The notes under the pieces: generated by a model
Seen by the model: only the letters and a program-made list of their open reading frames with translations
Told to the model about the DNA's origin: nothing
The model's database searches: none
DNA from: Bacillota bacterium
Lineage (GTDB): Bacteria > Bacillota > Clostridia > Acetivibrionales > DTU013
DNA length: 64,000 bases
NCBI GenBank assembly: GCA_023412915.1
Contig: JAEZRE010000014.1
Coordinates: 156,164-220,163 of the forward strand
Direction of reading: 5' to 3'
Made by a program: the position numbers and the translations under genes
Shown here: piece after piece, positions 17,938-25,078 of the stretch
Layout of the letters: each line of letters opens with the position of its first letter
How positions within the stretch are numbered: the stretch's first letter is position 1

Positions 17938-19875
17938 CTACCCTTCGAGCTCAGCCAGCTTGCCGAGCAGCATGTTGCTTCTGTCAATGAAGCTTGCCAT
18001 GGCCTCGGGTTCGAGCTGTTTGTGGCTCATCATCGCAAGGTCGTAAACATGGCGGCAAATGAGCGTAACGTCGTCCTTCTTGCTGTCGTTGCCGGAAAGC
18101 CTTGCTACTGCCTGTATCAACGAATTGCTCCTGTTCAGCACGAGCGTTTGCTCATCCTGGAACATGTTGCCGAAGTCCATGCCGTTCATGCCGTACATCC
18201 TGCTCATTTCCTGCATCCTTCTCGAATACTCGGAAAGCAGGATGATGCCCGGTGTTGACGACGCTTTCAGCGCCTCCACCTGTATCTTCAGCTTGTCGTT
18301 GCCGACAGCTTCCCTGAATACGGTCTCGAGCTTTTTGGTCAGATCCTCGTCGGCCGTGCCGGCTTCCGTATCCTTCATGCTGTCCGAAAGATCGGAATCA
18401 ATGCGTGTGAATTTCACGCCGCTTTCTTTCATCTCCAGGAACTGTATGAAGTGATTATCTATCATGGTGTTCAATATCACGGCTTCCATGCCCTGGTCCC
18501 TGAACAGCCTGATATACTGGGACTGCTGCTTTTCATCCGTAACGTAGAACACCTTGTCCTTGTGCTTTTCCTTGTTCCGTTCAAGATATTCCTTGAGAGT
18601 TACATATTCGCCGTTGGTTGTCTTGAATATCACTATGTCCTTTACTTTTTCGAAGAATTTCTCCTCGCGGATACAGCCGTATTTCACGAAGGGGTTGATA
18701 TCGTCCCAGTATTTATTGTAATTTTCCCTTTCGTTCTCGAAGATCGCCGTAAGCTTGTCCGCAACCTTCTTTGTGATGTGGGCCGAGATCTTCGAAACAT
18801 AACCGTCGTTCTGCAGGAAGCTCCTCGAAACGTTCAGCGGCAGATCCGGGCAGTCGATGACGCCCTTCAGCAGCATGAGGAATTCAGGGATGACTTCCTT
18901 TATATTATCAGCAACGAATACCTGATTGTAGTAGAGCTTGATCTGTCCTTCTATTGTCTCGAACTCATGCTTGAGCTTCGGGAAAAAGAGTATTCCCTTG
19001 AGGTTGAAAGGATAATCCATGTTAAGGTGTATCCAGAACAGAGGATCGTTGAAATCGTGGAATACTTTTTTATAGAATTCCTTGTATTCGTCGTCTGTGC
19101 AATCCTTAGGCGCCTTTAACCAGAGCGGATGTGTGTCGTTTATCGGTTTTGGCTGCTCTTCTTTTTGTTCAGCTCCGTCGCCTGCGGCATCGGCTCCCGC
19201 ATCGGTTTTGTCCGCTTCTTCCTTCTTCTCTTCTTTCTTTGCCGCGTCTTCCACAAATATTTCAACGGGCATGAAAGAGCAATATTTCTCGAGTATGTCC
19301 CTCATTTTGTAATAATCGAGGAATTCGAGAGAATCTTCGGAAAGGTAAAGCGTGATGGTCGAACCTCTTTCAGAACGGTCCGAGTCGTCCATCTCGAATT
19401 CCGTGCCGCCAGTACTCAGCCACCTTACGGCTTCAGCTCCGGGCTGCCAGGATAACGTGTCTATCGTTACCTTTTCGGAAACCATGAACGCCGAATAGAA
19501 GCCAAGTCCGAAGTGACCTATGATCTGGCTGCTTTCGTCCGCTTTGTCCTTGTATTTTTCGAGAAAATCGACCGCGCCGGAAAACGCTATCTGGTTGATG
19601 TATTTTTTGACTTCGTCGCCCGTCATTCCAATACCGTTGTCAACGATGCGGATGGTCTTGTCGTCCTTGTTCACTATGACCTTGAGATAATATTTTTCGT
19701 TTGCGGGCAGCTCGGCTTCTCCCATTGAAACGAGCTTCTTCATTTTAATGATAGCGTCGTTTGCGTTTGAAACCATTTCACGGATGAAAATATCCTTCTC
19801 CGAATACAGCCATTTTTTTATGATAGGCAAAATGTTTTCGGTGTTGATTGAAATATTCCCATTCTCATGTGACAT
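17938..19875 (-). CDS. htpG: molecular chaperone HtpG (Hsp90)
   Basis: N-terminal ATPase signature WLYSEKDIFIREMVSNANDAIIKM and GHFGLGFYSAFMV. Start set at the ATG (MSHENG) 6 nt after GGGAGGA; the upstream in-frame ATGs have no spacing to the RBS. Confidence 0.95.
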   Translation of the reverse strand: MSHENGNISINTENILPIIKKWLYSEKDIFIREMVSNANDAIIKMKKLVSMGEAELPANEKYYLKVIVNKDDKTIRIVDNGIGMTGDEVKKYINQIAFSGAVDFLEKYKDKADESSQIIGHFGLGFYSAFMVSEKVTIDTLSWQPGAEAVRWLSTGGTEFEMDDSDRSERGSTITLYLSEDSLEFLDYYKMRDILEKYCSFMPVEIFVEDAAKKEEKKEEADKTDAGADAAGDGAEQKEEQPKPINDTHPLWLKAPKDCTDDEYKEFYKKVFHDFNDPLFWIHLNMDYPFNLKGILFFPKLKHEFETIEGQIKLYYNQVFVADNIKEVIPEFLMLLKGVIDCPDLPLNVSRSFLQNDGYVSKISAHITKKVADKLTAIFENERENYNKYWDDINPFVKYGCIREEKFFEKVKDIVIFKTTNGEYVTLKEYLERNKEKHKDKVFYVTDEKQQSQYIRLFRDQGMEAVILNTMIDNHFIQFLEMKESGVKFTRIDSDLSDSMKDTEAGTADEDLTKKLETVFREAVGNDKLKIQVEALKASSTPGIILLSEYSRRMQEMSRMYGMNGMDFGNMFQDEQTLVLNRSNSLIQAVARLSGNDSKKDDVTLICRHVYDLAMMSHKQLEPEAMASFIDRSNMLLGKLAELEG

Positions 19876-19924
19876 GTCCATTCCTCCCTGATAAACAATT
19901 CTGTACAACTTAATGCCAATATTT

Positions 19925-19954
19925 ATATTACAACTCGAATTCCAGCATTGTCAA
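19925..19954 (-). promoter_or_regulatory. candidate sigma-A promoter of htpG
   Basis: Minus strand reads TTGACA (19954-19949), 18-nt spacer, TAATAT (19930-19925). Confidence 0.5.
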
Positions 19955-19961
19955 GAAAAAA

Positions 19962-19988
19962 TTAGCACTCTCTCAGTGGGAGTGCTAA
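19962..19988. promoter_or_regulatory. CIRCE operator (HrcA binding site)
   Basis: TTAGCACTC-tctcagtgg-GAGTGCTAA is a perfect match to the CIRCE consensus TTAGCACTC-N9-GAGTGCTAA. It lies 7 nt upstream of the htpG -35 box. Confidence 0.85.
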
Positions 19989-20018
19989 TAATGTATGAAG
20001 GGTAATAAATTCTTGAAT

Positions 20019-20417
20019 TTAATTGAGCTTAAGTATTATGATATGCCTGTCCTGCCTGACAGATATCCTGCTGAATATCTTTTTAAGCGTTTCCCTGAGC
20101 TCTGGGTCAGGCTCGAGGAATTTCAAGCCATATTCGTATTCGTTCACTTCCGAGCCAACCATGTGGACAATGCAGCCTTGGAGGCAGTATTCGGAATCCC
20201 CGAGCTTCAAAACCGCTTCCAGTATAATGGAGTTGTCCGCCGGCAGCTTCAGCGAGGTAACGAACCTGAGCCCTCCGGGACTGATATCTAGTATCCTTAC
20301 CCTTGCGGCGTTCGAAAAAACACGCCTGTTTCCTATCCGCACGATACTGATAGTACCGAAAAGCGGATTCTCGGGTTTAATCCTGAAAAATTTTCTCGAA
20401 TATTTCTTAATATTCAT
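20019..20417 (-). CDS. stand-alone PilZ-domain protein (c-di-GMP receptor)
   Basis: Canonical RxxxR (RKFFR) and DxSxxG (DISPGG) motifs about 30 residues apart. 132 aa. Confidence 0.85.
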   Translation of the reverse strand: MNIKKYSRKFFRIKPENPLFGTISIVRIGNRRVFSNAARVRILDISPGGLRFVTSLKLPADNSIILEAVLKLGDSEYCLQGCIVHMVGSEVNEYEYGLKFLEPDPELRETLKKIFSRISVRQDRHIIILKLN

Positions 20418-20466
20418 TCAATCACCTGCAGCAGGCTTATTCGGGCTCGCCTGCAGCAGTTTTATA

Positions 20467-21300
20467 TTACCATATATTTACATTGCCTTCAATATATTTC
20501 TCCAACAATTTGTCATACTCGCGCCTGACCGCGGAAACAACAGGATTGGCTGAGGAATTATACGTTCTGCCGTCTATTGTACTTATAGGAAGGACTTTAA
20601 TGGAGGTCCCGGATAGAAAAGCTCCACTGATATCCTTCAACTCGTCGGCAGCGATAAATTGCTCCTTTACGTCGAAGCCGGCGTTGTTGCAGGCTTCAAA
20701 AACGTATTTACGCGTAATGCCTTTTAGCACCGCGTCTCCGGGCGCCGTATATATTGCGTTGTTTTTGACAAAGAAAGCATTCGATTTGCTGCCTTCGGTT
20801 ATCATGCCCCTGTCATTTACCAGCAGCACCTCGAAAAACCCGCCTTCGGCCAGCTTTTCATTGACGGCGTCCTTGTAGCTTTTGTTAAGAATTTTTGCAT
20901 TCGGATTTTTACGCTCTATCCTGATAAGTCCGGTTTTTACGCCCGCATCGGCTTCCTGCTCCGAAGGATAATAACTGCGGCTGAGGTATGCCACCTGCTG
21001 CTGACTGCCATCCGTATCGGATACGACTATCTTGACATTGCATACTTTCATATTGTTGGCCGACAACAGCTTCTTTATATTGTCCGCAAGCTGTTCACGG
21101 GTCATTTGCAGCGGGTTGCCTATAGCCTTGAAGGTACCCTTCATACGTTCATAATGATCTTCGAAAAAAAGCGGCACTCCATCTATTATACGAATCACCT
21201 CATAGGCTGACCTGCCCGAGGTACTGTCTGCATAAACCGGTTCCGACGCGCTTTTTACTTCGCCGTTGTAAATATAAAATTGTCCCGCGTTGTCTTCCAT
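20467..21300 (-). CDS. class IV (fold-type IV) PLP aminotransferase (branched-chain / D-amino-acid / ADC-lyase family)
   Basis: 277 aa with TEGSKSNAFFV and GITRKYV-type motifs typical of the family. Subfamily is not resolvable by eye. Confidence 0.85.
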   Translation of the reverse strand: MEDNAGQFYIYNGEVKSASEPVYADSTSGRSAYEVIRIIDGVPLFFEDHYERMKGTFKAIGNPLQMTREQLADNIKKLLSANNMKVCNVKIVVSDTDGSQQQVAYLSRSYYPSEQEADAGVKTGLIRIERKNPNAKILNKSYKDAVNEKLAEGGFFEVLLVNDRGMITEGSKSNAFFVKNNAIYTAPGDAVLKGITRKYVFEACNNAGFDVKEQFIAADELKDISGAFLSGTSIKVLPISTIDGRTYNSSANPVVSAVRREYDKLLEKYIEGNVNIW

Positions 21301-21333
21301 ACAGCAATCATCCCTTTGCTATTTATTCACTCG

Positions 21334-21362
21334 ATTATACCAGTTTAGCAGCTATTGTTCAA
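21334..21362 (-). promoter_or_regulatory. sigma-A promoter of the class IV aminotransferase gene
   Basis: Minus strand reads TTGAAC, 17-nt spacer, TGG-TATAAT (extended -10). Confidence 0.6.
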
Positions 21363-21399
21363 ATTGGCATGATTTAATAAAACCAAAGCAATGTGGGTC

Positions 21400-22491
21400 T
21401 CAGTATAAAGCCTTGATATCCTTCCGGTATTTTGCGATATCCTTCGAATTTTTCTTCTCGGCCATCCTTATGCTTTGATTGTGCTTGCTTTCGATGAAGC
21501 GCAGCTCCTTTTTCAGCTTTCTATAGCTCTCGAGGCGTACTGCAGGCAGCAGACCGCTCCTTACCGCAGCCAGCACAGCGCAGCCGGGTTCGTTTTCGTG
21601 ACTGCAATCCCTGAACCGGCATGAACCTCCGAGGCTCTCAACATCCTCGAAGGCACCTTGGAGGCCGCTATCGCTTTCCCAAAGCTGAAGCTCACGCATA
21701 CCGGGCGTGTCGATAATCATCCCTGCGTCCGGCAGCCTTACAAGATTCCGGTAGGTAGTGGTATGCCTGCCCCTGGAATCGTCCTCCCTGATTTCTCCCG
21801 TATCCATGATGGTTTCACCCGCAAGCAGGTTCGTCAGAGTCGATTTGCCGACTCCCGACGATCCGAGTATTGCGACTGTGCTGCCTACGCCAAGATACCG
21901 GCGCAACGCATCGGTCCCCTCGCCTGTTACCGCGCTTGCGGCAACTATGGGAACACCGAACGTTATCGCTTCGACTTCCCTGATTTTTTCCTCCGCGTCC
22001 TCGCTCAGATCCTTCTTGCTCAATACTATCACAGGCGCGGCGCCGCTTTCCCAGGCCATCGTAAGATACCTTTCCAGGCGTCGCAGGTTGAAATCCCTGT
22101 TGAGTGAATTTACTATAAAAACGTAATCAAAGTTTGCCGCAACTATCTGTTCCTGAACGACTGCGCCTGCAACCTTCCTTGAAAACCTGCTTTTCCTCGG
22201 CAGCAGCGCATGTATTACAGCACGGCCTTCCCGGGGCATCAGTTCCGCCGCCACCCAGTCGCCCACCGTCGGGTACGAATCGTAACCTGACGCCAGATGC
22301 CTGAATCTTCCCGAGACCTCTCCATGGATCTCCCCGGATTCGGAAATAAGCTTATACGAGCCTTTTTGCTCTTGAAGGACCCTGGCAGGCCTTTGCCCTT
22401 CTCCGCTTACTCCCGCGAATGCCTCCGCCCAGTAGTCGTTCCAGCCGTATTCATCCAGATTAATTGTTATTTCGCTTAATTTATCGTTCAT
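21400..22491 (-). CDS. rsgA: ribosome small-subunit-dependent GTPase A
   Basis: G1 motif GSSGVGKSTLTNLL, DTPGMRE, and C-terminal zinc knuckle CRFRDCSHENEPGCAV. Confidence 0.93.
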   Translation of the reverse strand: MNDKLSEITINLDEYGWNDYWAEAFAGVSGEGQRPARVLQEQKGSYKLISESGEIHGEVSGRFRHLASGYDSYPTVGDWVAAELMPREGRAVIHALLPRKSRFSRKVAGAVVQEQIVAANFDYVFIVNSLNRDFNLRRLERYLTMAWESGAAPVIVLSKKDLSEDAEEKIREVEAITFGVPIVAASAVTGEGTDALRRYLGVGSTVAILGSSGVGKSTLTNLLAGETIMDTGEIREDDSRGRHTTTYRNLVRLPDAGMIIDTPGMRELQLWESDSGLQGAFEDVESLGGSCRFRDCSHENEPGCAVLAAVRSGLLPAVRLESYRKLKKELRFIESKHNQSIRMAEKKNSKDIAKYRKDIKALY

Positions 22492-22529
22492 TCTACCATC
22501 CTTTATTTTATCTGAATTTACTAATCATT

Positions 22530-22700
22530 TTTCTTTGCCGGCTTTTACCGGCTATACTGCCTTAGCAGACTTTGCCGCTTTACTAATTGCCGGCTATACT
22601 GGCTACACCAGCTACACCAGTTACACCAGCTTTGCTGACATAACCGACTTAACGTGCTTTGCCGGCTTCTCCGGCCTTCCTGCTTTGTCTGCTGTCCGCT
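22530..22700. repeat. intergenic cluster of CTTTGCCGG(C)-core short repeats plus 3 x 9-bp ctacaccag tandem
   Basis: ctttgccggc at 22533 and 22657, ctttgccgc at 22570, aattgccggc at 22585. ctacaccag/ctacaccag/ttacaccag at 22603-22629. Confidence 0.6.
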
Positions 22701-22716
22701 CCAATCAACGCCGGTC

Positions 22717-23001
22717 TCAGTCCAACGCCAGAAGTACCCTTCTGGTATTGAGTACCTTGCGTATGCTGTCTTCCGACAGGTGATACATGTCCATCAGTTC
22801 CTGCACGCTGGCGCCTTCTTCATAAGCCCGACAGATATCGGTGTTTCTGGCCCTTATCATCAGCCTTGTGCCGTTAACGGCGCCCCAACCGGCCCTGTTG
22901 TTTTCCTGCCTCGGTATATAAAGCAGCTCGCCCTGTACATAATTCTGCAGCTGCTCCAGCAATGTTTTGGGTAGTACGTCCTTTCCATTGATATATTTCA
23001 T
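22717..23001 (-). CDS. small HTH protein, Mor/CD3324-like putative transcriptional regulator
   Basis: 94 aa. MKYINGKDVLPKTLLEQLQNYVQGELLYIPRQ... with a C-terminal HTH-like ASVQELMDMYHLSEDSIRKVL. Family assignment is from memory of similar clostridial proteins. RBS GGGAGG. Confidence 0.6.
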   Translation of the reverse strand: MKYINGKDVLPKTLLEQLQNYVQGELLYIPRQENNRAGWGAVNGTRLMIRARNTDICRAYEEGASVQELMDMYHLSEDSIRKVLNTRRVLLALD

Positions 23002-23041
23002 ATATGCCTCCCGATTTAACTAAGTAAACAATTCATTGCAA

Positions 23042-23078
23042 CAAAAAACTCCACGAGGCAAGCAACCTTCGTGGAGTT
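23042..23078 (-). terminator. intrinsic terminator located 41 nt upstream of the Mor-like gene ATG
   Basis: Minus strand reads aactccacgaagg-ttgcttg-cctcgtggagtt followed by TTTTTT (11-12 bp stem with one bulge). Confidence 0.75.
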
Positions 23079-23340
23079 CATATGGGCATAAAAAAAGCAC
23101 GATAACCGCTACCATGCCATTTTGTCCATTACATTCATTTTTGGTCAAAGGTTATTTCCTGTTAGGTCTGCCGATGAATACGAATATAAACCCGTTAACA
23201 CAGGTCATAGCGATAAAAAAACCCTCGCGGTATCCATCAGCCTATATTCAGTTATACGACTTCCACCTCAACAACCAATGCAAAATTATAAACCGTCACA
23301 AAAACAACTCCTTTCGCCAAAATTGAGTATTACATATTTT

Positions 23341-23370
23341 ATTATAGAACAGTTAACTTCTTACAGTCAA
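23341..23370 (-). promoter_or_regulatory. sigma-A promoter firing towards the Mor-like gene (start of a ~330-nt leader or ~290-nt sRNA)
   Basis: Minus strand reads TTGACT (23370-23365), 18-nt spacer, TATAAT (23346-23341). Confidence 0.6.
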
Positions 23371-23518
23371 GTACCGAATTAGCAGAAAGAATTATTATAT
23401 TAATTCTTTCCGCTATTCTGCTTAATGACTGAGTGATTATACTGCCGATCATTTCCTTAAGCTTTTTGAAATCTCAGACGCTGCGCTCGAGGTCTGCATG
23501 TTTGTATTTCGTGGGGCT

Positions 23519-24241
23519 TCATGGCTGCGTGATTACGCGGCCTACCAGTTCCTCAAGCTCATTGAAATCCCTGACTCTGCGCTCGAGCTCGGTGTGTTTG
23601 CCGTAACGGTCGAGGCATATCGTGTACATCCCCAGCTCTGCGGGCTTGACGTAGTCGTTGATATAATCGTCGCCTACGAAGATGACCTGTTCGGGCTCGA
23701 CTCCGGCCAGTTGCAGCGCCTTGCCGTAAATAGCGGGATGCGGCTTCACAACGCCTTCCTCGACCGACGTCACGACAAATTCGAATCGGTCTTCAATCCC
23801 GGTCAGTTCGAGCAGTTCCTGTATGCCTCCCATCACCATGAAGTTTGAAACGACGCCCAGTTTGAGGAGTTTGCCCAGTTTCGGAAGAACGGCCCGAACA
23901 TCCTCCCGCAGGTAACATACGGATTTGTAATTCTTCCAATAATTATCCCGAAGCCTTTCCGCGGTGGCTTCCATCCTTCCGTAACCAAGCTCCGGCAGGC
24001 TTAATTCGACGAGTTTAAGAAAGCGAAGTTTCATTTCATAGTCGGCGAACTCGGGCAGCTGAGCTGCAAGCTCCTGCCTGGATAGCATATAATACCGAAA
24101 AAACGTATCGAAGTCCTCCCAGAGTTCCTCGACGCCGGAGCCTTCGAAGGCCCAGGCGGCGTAATCCCTCCGGGTTGGCAGTACGTGCAGGTCTACAAGG
24201 GTTTCCATACAGTCGAAAAATATATATTTGAAAATACTCAT
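23519..24241 (-). CDS. HAD-superfamily hydrolase
   Basis: Motif I IFFDCMETLVD (nucleophile Asp; second position is not Asp, as in dehalogenase-like members). C-terminal FVGDDYINDY (motif IV). Confidence 0.85.
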   Translation of the reverse strand: MSIFKYIFFDCMETLVDLHVLPTRRDYAAWAFEGSGVEELWEDFDTFFRYYMLSRQELAAQLPEFADYEMKLRFLKLVELSLPELGYGRMEATAERLRDNYWKNYKSVCYLREDVRAVLPKLGKLLKLGVVSNFMVMGGIQELLELTGIEDRFEFVVTSVEEGVVKPHPAIYGKALQLAGVEPEQVIFVGDDYINDYVKPAELGMYTICLDRYGKHTELERRVRDFNELEELVGRVITQP

Positions 24242-24344
24242 CTGCTGGTTCCTTTCGGTCTATCCATAAATTTCACATACTGCCTTGCCGTCGCCCGTTG
24301 CGTGCATTATAATGATTTGGTACATAACCTTTAGGAGGGCGATT

Positions 24345-24545
24345 ATGGGTACGGTCAAGGACTTTAAAAACATAACAAACTGGGACGAGCTGTTCGATAT
24401 GACGAACGAATACCTCACCTTCCTGCTGGAGCAGCATCAGATAACTCACGAGCTTGTTATCAAAACGACTTACGATATAATTAAAAACGCAGGCTACAAC
24501 TATTCCATTGATGACATCGAAAAGGAATATTACAGCGGGTTTTAA
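24345..24545 (+). CDS. small hypothetical protein (66 aa)
   Basis: ATG 24345 is preceded by AGGAGGG with good spacing. No family recognised. Confidence 0.45.
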   Translation: MGTVKDFKNITNWDELFDMTNEYLTFLLEQHQITHELVIKTTYDIIKNAGYNYSIDDIEKEYYSGF

Positions 24546-24605
24546 CGGAAAAAGCAGCGGCCGGCGCCGCGGTTCTCATTTACCCGGAGCCTGTTTACGC
24601 GGATC

Positions 24606-24839
24606 TTACTTGCCCGGAGTATAACCCGGCTTCTTGTATATCGTTTCAGGCTTACCTATAATATCGGGCTCGTAAACCTCTTTATTCCATTTCTCCGGCT
24701 CGAATTCCTCTATTGCGATCGACACTGAACTCTCGTTCGCCGAAAGGCTTTCAGTGATAGCCTTTGTGACCTTTTCAACCATATCCTTTTTCATTTCCTC
24801 GCTTCTGCCCTTGTACATTTTTACAATAACGTGCGGCAT
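24606..24839 (-). CDS. 4-oxalocrotonate tautomerase family enzyme
   Basis: Starts MPHVIVKMYKGRSEEMKKDMVEKVTKAITESL (catalytic Pro1 after Met removal). RBS AGGAGG lies 8 nt upstream of this ATG. Confidence 0.85.
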   Translation of the reverse strand: MPHVIVKMYKGRSEEMKKDMVEKVTKAITESLSANESSVSIAIEEFEPEKWNKEVYEPDIIGKPETIYKKPGYTPGK

Positions 24840-25020
24840 GTAAATTACCTCCTGGTATATTTGAAACAATTATACCATTACCTTGCGAGCAAATAAATAA
24901 AGAGCTTTAGTTAAGGTATTTTACTGACATATGATGTGCACATAACACGCGATTCATTAATAATGGTCACGCTCTTTTGCAGCAGACACTACACAGCTTG
25001 TTGAAGATAGCTAAGCAAAT

Positions 25021-25053
25021 TTCTTAAACTTGAAATTTTCTTAAACATGAAAT
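25021..25053. repeat. direct repeat 2 x 16 bp (ttcttaaacWtgaaat, period 17) upstream of the LuxR-type gene
   Basis: 25021-25036 ttcttaaacttgaaat and 25038-25053 ttcttaaacatgaaat. The repeat ends 26 nt before ATG 25079. Confidence 0.7.
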
Positions 25054-25078
25054 ACAATTAGAAAAAAATGCAAGAGGA

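Noticed and set aside
22535-22783. 82-aa ORF translating the repeat cluster as ...GYTGYTSYTSYTS...
   Set aside because: It is the translation of intergenic CTTTGCCGG and ctacaccag repeats. It has no RBS and overlaps the 3' end of the Mor-like gene on the other strand.
23080-23340. Attempt to assign the long leader to a known RNA class (RNase P, tmRNA, 6S, T-box). The minus-strand segment ggataccgcgaggg-T7 superficially resembles a T-box core (GGTGGTACCGCG).
   Set aside because: None of the universally conserved RNase P or tmRNA blocks is present. The T-box-like match is partial, has no specifier or antiterminator architecture that I can fold, and the downstream gene is not an amino-acid-related gene.
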